A DNA stretch of 58,012 nucleotides, from the NCBI RefSeq assembly GCF_001194135.2, contig NC_068981.1, positions 182,702,251 to 182,760,262 of the forward strand, in the 5' to 3' direction. The notes beneath the pieces are model-generated. The model ran no database searches. It saw nothing but the letters and a program-made list of their open reading frames with translations, and was not told where the DNA came from. The DNA comes from Octopus bimaculoides. Taxonomy: Eukaryota. A program made the position numbers and the translations under genes. This document shows, piece after piece, positions 13,082 to 26,083 of this stretch (positions within the stretch are counted from its first letter, which is position 1; every line of letters begins with the position of its first letter).

Positions 13082-14584
13082 CTAAAACTGAATTCTAGAA
13101 ATTACGTTTTCTCTTGAAAACCAGAAAATACTCAATTAATGATTAGCTTCTAATCCTCTGTAAAACACACGTGCTGCTTTTATAATTTGATCATTGCCAA
13201 CATGTTAGAACCTCTATCTCACTATTTTAATGGCCTCTGCTCCTCACAGCTTGTTAGGCCCATACCTCACTTACTCAGATATTCTCAACTCTTATGTCGT
13301 TCCTCCTCATATCATTCTTGGGTGGACGTCAGACTTAAGAAGCACCAACAGGTTGGAATTTCTCTGTTTTGACGGGGAGTTTTCAGATTTTTTTTTCCAC
13401 GGTGCCCTTGGAAATGTTCTGGAGCATCTTTCAGCAAAAAAAAAAAAAAAATTGCGAAAGATGATTTCCTCACCATCTTCCCCCTCTCCAGACCGATTCT
13501 GGAGGCACCACACATTTAGAAACTGTAAGAGAAGCCTTTTCGATAAAAAAAATAAGTAAAATATTTTCAGACGGAAAAGTGTAATTTAAGGGAAGTTTGG
13601 CTATTGTTTCAAGCATATCCTATGACCGGTAAGGTTTAGGGGTTGATGAAAATCATAAATTTTCAAAAAAATTATTTTTAATAGCATAAAAATGAGTTTA
13701 TGCCNNNNNNNNNNNNNNNNNNNNNNNNNNNNNNNNNNNNNNNNNNNNNNNNNNNNNNNNNNNNNNNNNNNNNNNNNNNNNNNNNNNNNNNNNNNNNNNN
13801 NNNNNNNNNNNNNNNNNNNNNNNNNNNNNNNNNNNNNNNNNNNNNNNNNNNNNNNNNNNNNNNNNNNNNNNNNNNNNNNNNNNNNNNNNNNNNNNNNNNN
13901 NNNNNNNNNNNNNNNNNNNNNNNNNNNNNNNNNNNNNNNNNNNNNNNNNNNNNNNNNNNNNNNNNNNNNNNNNNNNNNNNNNNNNNNNNNNNNNNNNNNN
14001 NNNNNNNNNNNNNNNNNNNNNNNNNNNNNNNNNNNNNNNNNNNNNGTGTCCACCTCACAGGCAACACAGTATTCATTGCACCTGGTCCTTCCTTCTTGGG
14101 CATTTCATTTTTGCTTATGTCTGTTTCTACAAGTGTTGACAAACTCGGTTCAAGAAGAAATTTAATAGCATCAATCCCGCCGTTTTAATTAAGCCTGTGA
14201 ATGCCATGGGCACTGCTCCCATCTCCAGATTCACTTTAGTCCCTCCCAATGTATTCACCTGTCATTATTCCTTCTGTGTCTTATCTCAATTGCTCAATCC
14301 TTTCTCCTGAGAACCACAGCTCTCTAATCCTTCTTCCCCACCCACTTACAGAAGTTCAAATTGAAATTACTTTGACTATACCAGTCTGTTGGGCCTGCAA
14401 GAGCCATTGAAATCTACTATACAGGTTAACTATAGAGAAAAACTCCCTGAACTTCTTCCATCTTTATCTTCTTTCCACTTACTCCCACCTGCCCTTTTTA
14501 TAATGCATGGTTAACATGTATCTCCTCTATAGTAAAACACCTGTACTTGTCCCTCTATCATACTTCAGCCTCTCAACATGGGAT

Positions 14585-15290
14585 CATCATCATCATCATT
14601 TAACATTCACTTGCTTATGTTTGCAGTACAGAATTTGTACATGAATAACGAATTGTTAGTCATAACATGTTTTGTAATGTTAGGGGCTAGTGCCAATGGG
14701 AGAGGCATGACTTCACATGCGAGATGATAAAAGACTGAGACAGCATAAAATCATCATCAACATCTACTTCAGCTGGCTTGGATTTACCTATCATCATCAT
14801 TGCTTTTTAAGTGGCACCAGTGCTTTTTACATGGCACCAGCACCCACACCAATGCCTTGCATGTGGCACTTTGGTTTTAGGATCTCAATTCTGTTGTGGT
14901 GGGCGGGTCTTCTTGAGTACAGCAATGCATCACATACCTCAGTCCTCTGTTATTTCCTTTGTAAGGTTTAGTATTTTGAGATCATCCTTCAATACTTCAT
15001 CCCATGTCTTCCTGAGTTTCCCTCTTCCACAACTTCTCTCCAGTTTTTGCAATTGTCCTCCTCCATCCACATCACATGACCAAACCAGCACAGTCTCCTC
15101 TCTTGCACACTACATATAATTCCTCTTATGCTTAACTTATCTCTCAATACATTAGTGCTCTGTCCCACATGTACACTGACATTGTACATCTAGTAGAGCA
15201 TACCAGCATCATTCTTCTTTAGTCTTTGCATATCCTCTGCATTCACTGCCCATGTCTCACTACCATGTAGCATTACCATTCACTCATGCA
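14585..15290 (-). mobile_element. RTE LINE 3' end (ORF C-terminus plus 3' UTR)
   Basis: CSVQERRLCWFGHVMWMEED..GRHGM; tail ttaaatgatgatgat on the minus strand. Confidence 0.75.
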
Positions 15291-15444
15291 TCCTATAATC
15301 CTGCTTTCACTTGGTAAAGTCGATGTAAATGTCCAACATAAAGTGTCTGTAAGGTTTTACATGTTCCTTTTGTTTCATTTATGGAAACGAATTTTTCTAA
15401 ACTGTTCAAGTAATGCAGAATAATTTGTTACATTATTATATTTA

Positions 15445-15473
15445 TTTTATCTTTTTCCCTTCTTTGTATACAG
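15445..15473 (+). promoter_or_regulatory. Candidate 3' splice acceptor (5' UTR intron) upstream of the CEBPZ CDS
   Basis: ttttatctttttcccttctttgtatacag lies 15 nt before ATG 15488. Confidence 0.55.
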
Positions 15474-15487
15474 TTCATCAATTAAAA

Positions 15488-18400
15488 ATGCAAGAAAAAT
15501 TGAAAATAAAAAAGAAAGCTACCAAAATGGATAAAAGTCTTGTGAAAGATGACTCTGATGAAATTGTCTCTGATGTACAAGCATTTATAAAAAATCTCGG
15601 CCTCAGTACATCAGCTCCATCTAGTAAGAAAAGTAATGTATCTGCACAATCACTGCCTGATGATTTTAACTGGGGTGACATGATGCCAAAGAAAAAAGGA
15701 ACTGTGCAGCCTTCTGCATCCCAAATGGAAAAAGTATCAGCTAATACATCAAAGGATCCTACAGACAGTAAAGGACCAAGTAAAAAAAAATCAAAGAACA
15801 AATATAAACATCAAACAGATGAGGGTGTTGTGAAATTAAATAAAGTTTCTTCTGAAAAAGTCCAAGATAATGAGATTTCAAGTACTACAAAATCAGTTAG
15901 AAAAAGGAAAACTGGTGAGAAAAGTGGTAAGAAAGAATTTATACGATTAGTTATTGAAGCAGGGACCGTTTGGTATGATTACCTAAAAAAGAAAAATATT
16001 GACAATAAGAGTAGAGATAACACCAATAAGACTGAGCGTACCAGTGTGAAATCTTTGGAGTTAGAAGCTGCAGAAATTTTCCAGAAGGATGTAGAAAATT
16101 ATAAGAACCTGAGAGCTAAAAGGGAACCTTCTGAAAGCAGTTGGTTTGAAAAGGTTATTGCATCTGGAACTTTGAGTGACAAAGAAGCAGCTTTCCAGCT
16201 TTATGTAACTCAATCACCTGTCCACAATCTTGATTCTTTGGATAATCTTATTGCGATGACACAGAAAAAAAGTCGCCATGTTAACATTAAAGCTGGTATT
16301 GTTTTGAAAGATCTTTTTATCAAATATATTTTGCCACCAGACAGAACTTTAATGTCATTTCATGAACACAAAACTGATGAATTAAGTAATTCTATTCGAA
16401 AGAAGCAACTTGCCTTGTGGTACTTTGAAAATGAATTAAAGAAACGTTTTGGTGTTTTCACTGAGTCATTAGTTAGTCTGCTACAAGACAATGTAGATGC
16501 TTGCAAAGAAAAAGTATTGAGTATTGTTAGTGAAATTCTTGTTTACACTTCTGAACAAGAGAGTATTTTACTATCAGCTCTTGTAAATAAAATTGGTGAC
16601 CCTAGTTACAAAGTAGCATCAAAAACAATATACGTCTTGTCTAAATTTTTGAAACGTTGTCCATTGAAAAAATTAAAGGTTATCGATGAGGTAGAAATGC
16701 TTCTGTGTCGTTCTGGTATGAAAGACAGGGGCCTCTATTACTCCTTTTGCTTCCTCTCTAATCTTCGGTTAAAAGAAGGTGAAAGCAAAATAGCCGAGAA
16801 ACTTGTCAACGTTTACTTGAAATTTTTCCAAAAATACATTCAAAAAGGAGAAATGGACAATCGAATGCTTAGTGCTATCCTTTGTGGTATCAACTTTGCT
16901 TTTAAAATTATACATGAAAATCGAGAGTTCATTGCAGAACATACTGAACTATTGTACAAAACTGTACATCTTGTGAACTTTAATACAAGCTTACAAGTAT
17001 TGATGTTGCTGTATCAAATAATGGAATCAGAAAGTTTATCTGATCGATTTTATATGGTTCTTTATCGTAAAATGTGTGACCCGGCCTTGAAGAATTCAAA
17101 CCGACACATGCACTTCTTAAATCTTGTCTTCAGAGCCATTAAGAATGACCACTCAGAAGCCAGAATAAAAGCTTTTATTAAAAGACTTCTTCAGATATGT
17201 CTTTATCAGTATCCTCCGTTCATTTGTGGTTCTCTTTGTCTCTTATCTGAAGTCTTTCGTGAGAAACCTAAATTGCTGAACCTGAAACAAAATGCTGAAA
17301 ACTTGATGGATAGTGAGGATGAAGAATGCTATAAAGATGTTGAGTTAGGCAGTGATACAGAGTCTCCACAACAAGCAACATCAGATTCAGAGTTGACAAA
17401 TAAGGATGATGAGGATGATTCTAAGTCGTCTGGACAGATTTCTTCTTGGATACATCGTAAAAATTTAAAATATGTTCCCACTAACATATATTATATGCCA
17501 CATCACCGTAACCCTCTTTATTGCCAAGCAGAGACAACACTATTTTGGGAATTATACTTACTATCATTTCATTTTCACCCAACTGTCTCTCTTTATGCTT
17601 CAACATTACTAAACAATAAATTTATTGACCATGAAGGTAATCCTTTGCAAGATTACACCTTGATACGTTTCCTTGACAGATTTGTTTTCAAAAATCCAAA
17701 ACAAATTAAAGAGAAGTCTTCTGAACCTAAAAAGAATCGGTATATACCAACAGGTATTAAACTAATTCCTGCAAATGATAGAAAATATCTTGAAAAAGCG
17801 AATAAAATTCCTGTTGAGGAGAAATATCTCTATCAGTATTTCTTGCACAGAAAGGCTGTTAGTACTGATAAGGGGATTTTCAGTGAGGATGAAGAAGTTA
17901 GTGATGATGAATTTGACCAAATTCTTGACCAATATGAAAGAAATGCAGATGATAAGGAATTAACAACATTTGATTTTTATGGGGAACTTGGAAAACAAAG
18001 TGAGAAAAAGCGAAGCTTGGAAACCGGTTTCAGTAGCAGTGAGGGCTCTGATGAGGAATCAGATGATGACGTTGACTTTGGAGAAGATTTTATGGCAGAA
18101 TATAAAGATTTTAGTGGAGATAGTGATAATGAAAATAGTAACGGTGAGTTTGATGAAGAAAATGTCAAATTTTCTGATGATAGTGATGGAGAGGATGATT
18201 ATGAGAAATTTTGTAAACCCAAAATTAAAAAACTGAAAAGGCTTAAAAAAGAATCTGAAAAGAATCCCCATGATCCGTCTAAGTTTTTTGTGGCTGCCGA
18301 GGAATTTTCCCATATGCTAGAAGATAACATTGTGAGTAACATTGGAAGCCAGGCAGTTGTGAACAAAGACAAGTCAAGTGCCAAACAGATGAAATGGGAA

Positions 18401-18550
18401 ATGGGCAGGGAACAGTGGATGAAAAAATCTGATTGGAAACAGAAGCGACAGCCAAAATGGAAAAAGAAAACCGGTAATAAAAGTAAATTTGTTACGAAAC
18501 CTAAACAGAAAGGGATAGGGAAAAAACAGAAAAGGAAAAATTGGAAGTAA
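15488..18550 (+). CDS. CEBPZ: CCAAT/enhancer-binding protein zeta / Noc1 / Mak21 (60S biogenesis factor, CBF domain), single coding exon
   Basis: Uninterrupted ORF of about 1020 aa with family motifs GTLSDKEAA, LVNKIGDP, DRFYMVLYRK, HRNPLYCQAE..LWEL, HFHPTV and NPLQDYTLIRFLDRFVFKNPK, then an acidic region and a Lys-rich C-terminus. The ORF track start at 15413 lies in a pyrimidine tract ending in CAG (15471-15473), so the true start is more likely ATG 15488 or ATG 15527 (accaaaATGG). Confidence 0.95.
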   Translation: MQEKLKIKKKATKMDKSLVKDDSDEIVSDVQAFIKNLGLSTSAPSSKKSNVSAQSLPDDFNWGDMMPKKKGTVQPSASQMEKVSANTSKDPTDSKGPSKKKSKNKYKHQTDEGVVKLNKVSSEKVQDNEISSTTKSVRKRKTGEKSGKKEFIRLVIEAGTVWYDYLKKKNIDNKSRDNTNKTERTSVKSLELEAAEIFQKDVENYKNLRAKREPSESSWFEKVIASGTLSDKEAAFQLYVTQSPVHNLDSLDNLIAMTQKKSRHVNIKAGIVLKDLFIKYILPPDRTLMSFHEHKTDELSNSIRKKQLALWYFENELKKRFGVFTESLVSLLQDNVDACKEKVLSIVSEILVYTSEQESILLSALVNKIGDPSYKVASKTIYVLSKFLKRCPLKKLKVIDEVEMLLCRSGMKDRGLYYSFCFLSNLRLKEGESKIAEKLVNVYLKFFQKYIQKGEMDNRMLSAILCGINFAFKIIHENREFIAEHTELLYKTVHLVNFNTSLQVLMLLYQIMESESLSDRFYMVLYRKMCDPALKNSNRHMHFLNLVFRAIKNDHSEARIKAFIKRLLQICLYQYPPFICGSLCLLSEVFREKPKLLNLKQNAENLMDSEDEECYKDVELGSDTESPQQATSDSELTNKDDEDDSKSSGQISSWIHRKNLKYVPTNIYYMPHHRNPLYCQAETTLFWELYLLSFHFHPTVSLYASTLLNNKFIDHEGNPLQDYTLIRFLDRFVFKNPKQIKEKSSEPKKNRYIPTGIKLIPANDRKYLEKANKIPVEEKYLYQYFLHRKAVSTDKGIFSEDEEVSDDEFDQILDQYERNADDKELTTFDFYGELGKQSEKKRSLETGFSSSEGSDEESDDDVDFGEDFMAEYKDFSGDSDNENSNGEFDEENVKFSDDSDGEDDYEKFCKPKIKKLKRLKKESEKNPHDPSKFFVAAEEFSHMLEDNIVSNIGSQAVVNKDKSSAKQMKWEMGREQWMKKSDWKQKRQPKWKKKTGNKSKFVTKPKQKGIGKKQKRKNWK

Positions 18551-18564
18551 TTAAAACTGTTTAC

Positions 18565-18570
18565 AATAAA
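18565..18570 (+). terminator. Candidate polyadenylation signal of CEBPZ
   Basis: AATAAA 15 nt after the stop codon, followed by T-rich sequence. Confidence 0.5.
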
Positions 18571-19659
18571 TAATTTTAATAATACTTTTCTTTTATGTTA
18601 AATTATTAACTGGAATATTATTGTCTGAATTTTGATTTTGGTTTCTGGTTTCAATGTAGAGTACAGGGCAGTACAAGGATATTTCTTGCTCAGCTGTCAT
18701 CAATTTATTTTGTTAGTTTATGGCTATGCATAATAACTGGAAGGGAAGGATTAGATTTGTTACTATTTAATTTCAAATTGTATCTTTTACTTAGTATCAA
18801 ATGGTGTCGAGGACAAACACATGCATATATATGTCAATATATGGATTCAAGTAATTCCTTAGTTCTCAAAAAAAAAAGCCCCTTAATGTATCATTCTACA
18901 AAACATAGACTAGGCGGTGCTCCAGCATGGCTGCAGTCAAATGACTGAAACAAATAAAAGAATGTACATTTCACCATATATATATATATGAATCAATTTA
19001 GATGAGATGCAGTTTGGGAGCGAATCAATTTAGATGAGATGCAGTTTGGGTTCGNNNNNNNNNNNNNNNNNNNNNNNNNNNNNNNNNNNNNNNNNNNNNN
19101 NNNNNNNNNNNNNNNNNNNNNNNNNNNNNNNNNNNNNNNNNNNNNNNNNNNNNNNNNNNNNNNNNNNNNNNNNNNNNNNNNNNNNNNNNNNNNNNNNNNN
19201 NNNNNNNNNNNNNNNNNNNNNNNNNNNNNNNNNNNNNNNNNNNNNNNNNNNNNNNNNNNNNNNNNNNNNNNNNNNNNNNNNNNNNNNNNNNNNNNNNNNN
19301 NNNNNNNNNNNNNNNNNNNNNNNNNNNNNNNNNNNNNNNNNNNNNNNNNNNNNNNNNNNNNNNNNNNNNNNNNNNNNNNNNNNNNNNNNNNNNNNNNNNN
19401 NNNNNNNNNNNNNNNNNNNNNNNNNNNNNNNNNNNNNNNNNNNNNNNNNNNNNNNNNNNNNNNNNNNNNNNNNNNNNNNNNNNNNNNNNNNNNNNNNNNN
19501 NNNNNNNNNNNNNNNNNNNNNNNNNNNNNNNNNNNNNNNNNNNNNNNNNNNNNNNNNNNNNNNNNNNNNNNNNNNNNNNNNNNNNNNNNNNNNNNNNNNN
19601 NNNNNNNNNNNNNNNNNNNNNNNNNNNNNNNNNNNNNNACTGGCTCCTGTAGGATTTTC

Positions 19660-19925
19660 GAGCGAGATCGTTGCCAGTGCCCCTGGACTGGCTTGTGCGG
19701 GTGGCACATAAAAGACACCATTTTGAGCGTGGCCGTTTTCGTGCGGGTGACACGTAAAAGCACCCACTACACTCTCTGAGTGGTTGGCGTTAGGAAGGGC
19801 ATCCAGCTGTAGAAACTCTGCCAAATCAGACTGGAGCCTGGTGTTGCCATCCGGTTTCACCAGTCCTCAGTCAAATCGTCCAACCCATGCTAGCATGGAA
19901 AGCGGACGTTAAACGATGATGATGA
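19660..19925 (+). mobile_element. RTE 3'-UTR-derived repeat (family D)
   Basis: gagtggttggcgttaggaagggcatccagc...ggacgttaaacgatgatgat; near-identical to 22980-23265. Other copies at about 884-1090 (-), 21170-21330 (-), 21940-22700 (+), 30250-30400 (+) and 31690-32165 (+). Confidence 0.8.
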
Positions 19926-20291
19926 TATATATATATATAGTTAAAAAACAAAAGAGGAAATGGAGATTAGGAAGTGAAGTATTTATTATAACAAATTGGT
20001 CATCTTCGCTTCTTACAGCCATTTCACTTAATACTATTATTTCCTTGGATGCAGCCATCCCTTCACGAGGTTAACATATTCTCTAATTAAATATATATAG
20101 TATACGCACACATACATATACGACAAGCCTCAATACAGTTTCCTTCTAAACTCACTCACGAGGAGGCTACAGTAAGAAGACATTTGCCAGTGCCACAATA
20201 GAACTTGAACCTGAAGCCAAGTGGTTGCAAAGTGAGCTTCTTGACCCCACAGCCATATGTGTATCTAATGTAGTAAAGTATGGATAGGAAT

Positions 20292-20605
20292 GTGGATGCG
20301 CAATGGCCCAGTGGTTAGGGCAGCGGACTCGTGGTCGGAGGGTCGCGGTTTCGATTCCCAGACCAGGCGTTGTGTGTGTTTATTGAGCGAAACACCTAAG
20401 CTCCACGAGGCTCCGGCAGGGGGTGGTGGCGACCGCTGTTGTACTCTTTCGCCCCAAATTTCTCTCACTCTTTCTTCCTGTTTCTTGAGTAACGCTGCAA
20501 TGGACTGGCGTCCCGTCCAGCTGGGTGGGGGGCAGATACGCCATAGAAACCGGGAAACCAGGCCCATGAGCCTGGCTAGGCTTTGAAAGGGCGACGTTTA
20601 TCGTT
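20292..20605 (+). mobile_element. tRNA-derived SINE, family A head and body with an alternative tail
   Basis: 13-bp TSD tatggataggaat at 20279-20291 and 20606-20618; matches family A for about 190 nt, then diverges. Confidence 0.9.
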
Positions 20606-22719
20606 TATGGATAGGAATACCAGCAATAAACCTAAAATGCTGTCAGAAACAAAGATATAAAGGAAAATCACCCTTTGATGTGACAACTGATCACTTAACT
20701 GTAGATAGTGGAATCAGTTTTATGTCAGTCAGATAAATTGGATTCAGCAGAGTTACGCCCCTTGCTCACTACAGTGATTTTTAACATTGGCATAAATTTG
20801 GCAAAAGGGGTTTTCTTTTACTGGTTTCTATCATTTGACTACGTCCATGCTGGAGCACTGCCTTGATTAATCCCTTAGCATTCAGATTATTCTTTCAAAT
20901 GTAACATTTATTCCCATTGGTTTAAATTTATCCAGCAATATCTTGTAGCTTTGAGATTTCAATTGTGTCAATATATATTCTTTAGACTAAGATTGTAGGA
21001 TAGGTGTGAAAGACTGGATCTGGCCAGTTTGAACGTAAAACAGGAAAAATATTTTGGCTGGATATGGCTGGTTTAAATGTTAAAGGGTTAAATTGACCCC
21101 AGTGTTTTGACAGGTGCTTTACTGTTTTATCAATTTGGATGAATAAAAGACACAGCAGAAGCTGAACTCATTGTTTATTGTCCATTTTTCAATGTTGGCA
21201 TGTTTTAGATGGTTTGACAGGAGATGACGAGCTAGAGAACTGCACCAAGCTCCAATGTCTGGATGCCCTTCCTAATGTCAGCCACTTTACAGGGTTCTGG
21301 GGGCTTTTCATATGGCACTGTCAAGTAACTTGCAAAACTAGACCCCTCAACTGAGTGAGGTGTAACATTGAGAGAGGTAGCTTTATACCAGGTGATGAGA
21401 GGTCATGATACAGAGATAGAAATAGGTGTTTTGCAGTAGAGGAAAAACATGGCTTTCACAGTTACAAAAGAAGAGAATGAAGTGTCTGGGTATACCTTCA
21501 AGTTATAGGAAGTTGAATATAAAAGTGGTCCAGAGAATTGGATAGGGTGAATGGGTAGGATATTAAAAAATCACAAGGTCTTTTGCTTGATGCTGTAATG
21601 TTTATACCAATACAGTAACAGCAGAAGCAGAAAGAAGTGTTGGAACTCAACCCCTGTGGTTTGCAATGAAGTACCTGAACCAGATGGTATTTTCACTTTT
21701 AGTGAAATCAAGCTGAAAACTATCATCATTTTAAAATAATATATTTAACAATAAGTGCAAGTATGGCTGTGTGGTTAAGAAGCTTGCTTCCCAACTATGT
21801 TCTCAGGTTCAATATCACTGAGCAGTACCTTGGGAAAGTGTTTTCTATCATTGCCCTTGGTTGACTGAAACTTTGTGATTGGATTTGGTTGATGGAAATT
21901 GAATGAAGCCTATTGTGTGTGTATGTGTTAGGAAAGACATGCAGTTGTAAAAACCATGCCAAACAGACATGGTAGCCTGGTGTAGTCTTCTCCCTGGCTA
22001 GCTCCTGTCAAACCGTTCAATCGATGCCAGCATGGAAGGTGGACATTAAATGATGATGATGGCCGATACCAGTGTTGCATAACCAGCCCATTTGAAAGTA
22101 CCCTTGAATCATCGGGTGATATGCTGTGCTAGAGAAGACCTGTTCTATCGTTCATGCCAGTGCTGCCTGACTGGCACCTGTGCTGGTGGCATATAATAAG
22201 CACCGTTCAAGCATGGGTCGATGCCAGTGTCCCCCAGCTGGCTCCCGTGCCAATGGCATGTAAAAAGCTCCATCAGAATGTGGTTGATGCCAGTGCTGTC
22301 TGGCTGGCTCTCATGCTGGTGGTGCATAAAAAGCACCCACTATAATCTCAGAATGGTTGGCATTAGGAAGGGCATCCAGCTGTAGAAACCTTGCCATATC
22401 AAATTGGAGCCTGGTGCAGACTCCTGGCTTGCCTGTCTTCAGGCAAACCATTTAACACATGCCAGCATGGAAAACAGACGTTAAATGATGATGATGTGTG
22501 TACCCATGTCTTGACATTATGTGATGGTTGCAAAGAAGCATGACTGTTATTTATTTCCAGTCGTCCGTGAAAAACATGTCTGGCCTTAGGGGCTTGGAAA
22601 TGGTTGAAGGCTGGTGGTAGGAAGGGCATCCATCCATAGAAAATCTGTCTCAACAAGTTTCATCTGACCCATGCAAGCATGGAAAAGTGGTTTGTTAAGC
22701 ATGAAAATCAAAGAGGGAA

Positions 22720-24990
22720 CTGAAGTTGATGCAAGGCACAAGGGCATTGCTTATCTGGTGGAGTAAGAGGTATCCTGGGTATAAAGGCATCTCTGATGCC
22801 ACAACCCACAAGAATTATTGCTTCAATAATTTGTGGCAGCACATTTTTTTACCACTAACTGCATTCTGTTGCACAGACATGGTGGCTCCAGCTTCCTCAG
22901 CAGCATGACCGGAGCTCCAATTTTGAAGTGCAGTTGATGAGTCGCCTTTCTGGAACTTGTGCCCGTGACATGTGTAAGGATTTTCGAGCAAGATCGTTGC
23001 CAGTGCCGCCGAACTGGCTCCTGTGCAGGTGGCACGTAAAATACACCATTTTGAGCGTGGCCGTTGCCAGTACCGCCTGACTGGCCTTCGTGCAGATGAC
23101 ATGTAAAAGCACCCACTACTCTCTCTGAGTGGTTGGCGTTAGGAAGGGCATCCAGCTGTAGAAACTCTGCCAAATCAGATTGGAGCCTGGTGTTGCCATC
23201 TGGTTTCACCAGTCCTCAGTCAAATCGTCCAACCCATGCTAGCATGGAAAGCGGACGTTAAACGATGATGAGGTGGTAGTTCAGAGGGGTCAAAGGAATT
23301 GAGGAATTCTGTGGGAAAATTAATGACCTCTTCTTGGTCCACAACAGTGTCTACAGACTTGTAGGTGTGAAGGTTTCCAGGAAGGCTTCGCAGTAGGTTT
23401 TCATTGAGTTTCGCAACAAAAGTGTTTTTGGGATCTAATATTGCTCTTTCGCACAGCCAATTCAGGTTTTGGTAGTTTATGTGCAGATCAGGGAAAACTG
23501 CAGTCGTAAGGTCCACTGTGTCCACAGGTATGCCTACATGTGAGACCGTCATCTCTCCAGCTGTACCATCACCAATGGTAAGAAGCTGCTTGGAGAAGTC
23601 ACCCGATAAGTTGTCACCGAAAAGCTGGGCCCTCATGTTTGTTGTAAGAGTCAAAATTGGCACGTCCTGCCACAGGGAAGATAACTCAATGCAAGCCATT
23701 ACAGCATTGGCTCTGGTGCCTTTTGGGATTATGGGTAGGGTTTGTCTGAAATCACCAGACAGAAGGAGGGAAATGCCTCCCATGGGGCTAATGCAGCTCC
23801 TGATGTCCTTCAGGATCATGTCCAGTGTTTCAAGGGATCCTTTATGTGCCATGTGCATTTGTCCCAAACAATAAGCTGGCACCTTCGCAGCACTTCTGCT
23901 TTGTCTTGAGTCTTTTGTAATATTGCAGGTGGCTGAGTTGGACGCAGAAGCATTGAACGAGAGTTTGAAGGTCGAATGAGTTGTCCTACCCCCGGGCAGT
24001 AGAATCGTAGCAATTCTGGAAGAAGCTAAAGCAATCCTCTTTTGCTGGCGGGCTTTTGCAAGGAGTTTAGTTACAAATATTTTACCAGTTCCTCCTGGGA
24101 CATCTGAAAAGAAAATACCTCCTTTGCATTCACGAATGGAAGTGTAAACAGCGCTGTTTGTGTGCTGCTGGTCCTAAGCAACTTCGGCTAATTTTTGTTG
24201 ATGTATTGTTGAAGAGCATTGACGTCATAGGCTGTTTCCTGAATAACCCCTGTTGGTAGTGTATATGAGCTTGTTCTGCTGACTTTTGGTAGACCATAAA
24301 ATGAAAGGTCGTTACTACCAGCAGTAAATAGGCCATTCTCAATGTCGATGATTGCTCTGTTGAAGAATTCATCGTTGAAACCGATGTTCACATGAGGCAA
24401 CAGAAGTTGTTCTTGTTTGTGGTAGTCTTCTGAAGGGTCTTCCTTGTATTTCTCCCATAAGGTTACAGGATCACTGAGTTCGCATGTTTGCAGTAGCACT
24501 GCAAAGAGCTTTTGAAAACTCCTCGCCGAGTGTATTGTAGCTGCTTCCGCCATTGTTACATCCCACTGAGCTTTGTCTTCTAGCAGGCCGCGTTTAAGGC
24601 AGGCTTCACAGTATATAGCAAAAACTTCACCGTTGGAGCTTTTCAGGTTGTCAAAAGATGTCAGTTCCATGACCTCATGCAACAGTAGGTGAAGGTAAAA
24701 ACATTCCTGTTGGTTAGGGCGAACTGTGTAAACTCTTCCATGGGTGGGGGAAGATTTTAAGTTTGGCTGTCCCTTGATGGGTTGTTCTTGTTTCGTTGAT
24801 TCCCAAATGCGTGTTTTCTTTTTCCAAATGTAATATGATGGAACCTGGGGATACAAGAGGGTCTTGGCGAAGGGGTCATTGGTGCATAGTTTGAAGAAGG
24901 CAGTGAGCGCTGTGTCCTTGGGTTCTTGTGTCAGCTGAACAGCATAAGAGTTGTAGAAGTACACTCTCTGACTGTTCTCAAGATGCAAAA
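22720..24990 (-). mobile_element. Helitron Rep-helicase (PIF1) pseudogene fragment
   Basis: TALTAFFKLC..DPFAKTLLY, GRVYTV.P..ECFYL, Walker A PGGTGK, LLSGDFRQTLP, NFPTEFLNS and ELPPH..LHFKIGAPVMLLR; frameshifted. A family D repeat is inserted at 22942-23265 with TSD tgatgag (22935-22941 and 23266-23272). Confidence 0.92.
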
Positions 24991-25599
24991 CTTGAAAAAT
25001 ATCAATTTTTTAACAGCTTTTCGATGTTTTAGTCACACAGGGAAGCCTTTGAACATATTTGATAGAACTGCTGTTACATGGTGGTTTTTTAGCTGTAAAA
25101 ACCAAGGAAATTAGACTTTCCAGTAAAAAGTTTTCTACTGTGTAGCTTTGCAAAAATGGGAAAAATCAATTTTTTTCAAAGTTTTTCGCAGTTTCCTTGG
25201 GAATCAGAGGCCCCAAGGCAGTGCTAGAATATTTGTCTGAAATGTGGTAACATGACAGTCCTTTTAGCACCAAAATTATAAAAATCAGACGTTCCTGTAA
25301 AAATTTTCTCACGTGCAACTTTTGCCTTTTGTTGCAAAAGGTGTGGGGGTCCCTTCAGTTTTATCGATTTTTCTCCTGTAAGCGGGTATCTCTAGGCATT
25401 GGTGATATGGCAGGACCCGCCTGGGTAGATTTGCCATTTAATAAAATAAATTTCACCAAAATCAGATGAAAAATGTGGAAATGCCTAAAAAGCGCACACA
25501 CAGATATTTTGAGTTTTATAGATTGGGTTGAGTGGGTCATCAGTGGATCTAGCTAAATTTATTTACAAAAAAACAAAAAAAAACAAAACATAACAAATT

Positions 25600-25960
25600 G
25601 ATCAATAATATACTCCCTGTTGTTGTTTATGACTTCCGCCCATCATTCAATAAGATTTTCGATGCCTTGGGCAAGAGAAATCTCTTGGTCTTGACTCAAA
25701 GATTCATCCAACCAAACCCTCAATTCCACGTCATTATTGAACGATACACCATGCAAAGTGTTTGAAAGAGATGAAAATCTGATGGCGCCAAGTCTGGAGA
25801 ATGAGGCTGCACTTCTTATTCGAGTTCTTGAATCACGGCTTTGGTCATATTGGTGACGTGACAATGGGCGTTGTTGTGTTGCAGAAGAATGCCATTTTGC
25901 CTATTTGGTCTTTTTTGCCGAATTCTTTTGTTGAATTGATGTAGAGCTCTATATTCAACG
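25600..25960 (-). mobile_element. Mariner transposase C-terminal fragment
   Basis: SLSNTLHGVSFNNDVELRVWLDE...GIENL followed by a decayed TIR-like end. Confidence 0.75.
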
Positions 25961-25997
25961 AATTTTTCGGAGATAATTGTTGTAGCAAAGGCTGATA

Positions 25998-26078
25998 TAG
26001 CAAGGGTGGATATATGTCATATCGTGTCCCACACGCAGTATACTCCGGACACGATATGACATATATCCACCTTTGCTA
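25998..26078. repeat. Near-perfect inverted repeat (32-bp arms, 17-nt loop)
   Basis: tagcaagggtggatatatgtcatatcgtgtcc pairs with ggacacgatatgacatatatccacctttgcta; 31/32 complementary. Confidence 0.95.
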
Positions 26079-26083
26079 CAACA

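Noticed and set aside
15413-15487. N-terminal 25 codons of the 1045-aa ORF
   Set aside because: They overlap a polypyrimidine tract and acceptor; probably intronic.
18992-19054. Short direct repeat aatcaatttagatgagatgcagtttggg
   Set aside because: At a gap edge; probably an artefact, and only two units.
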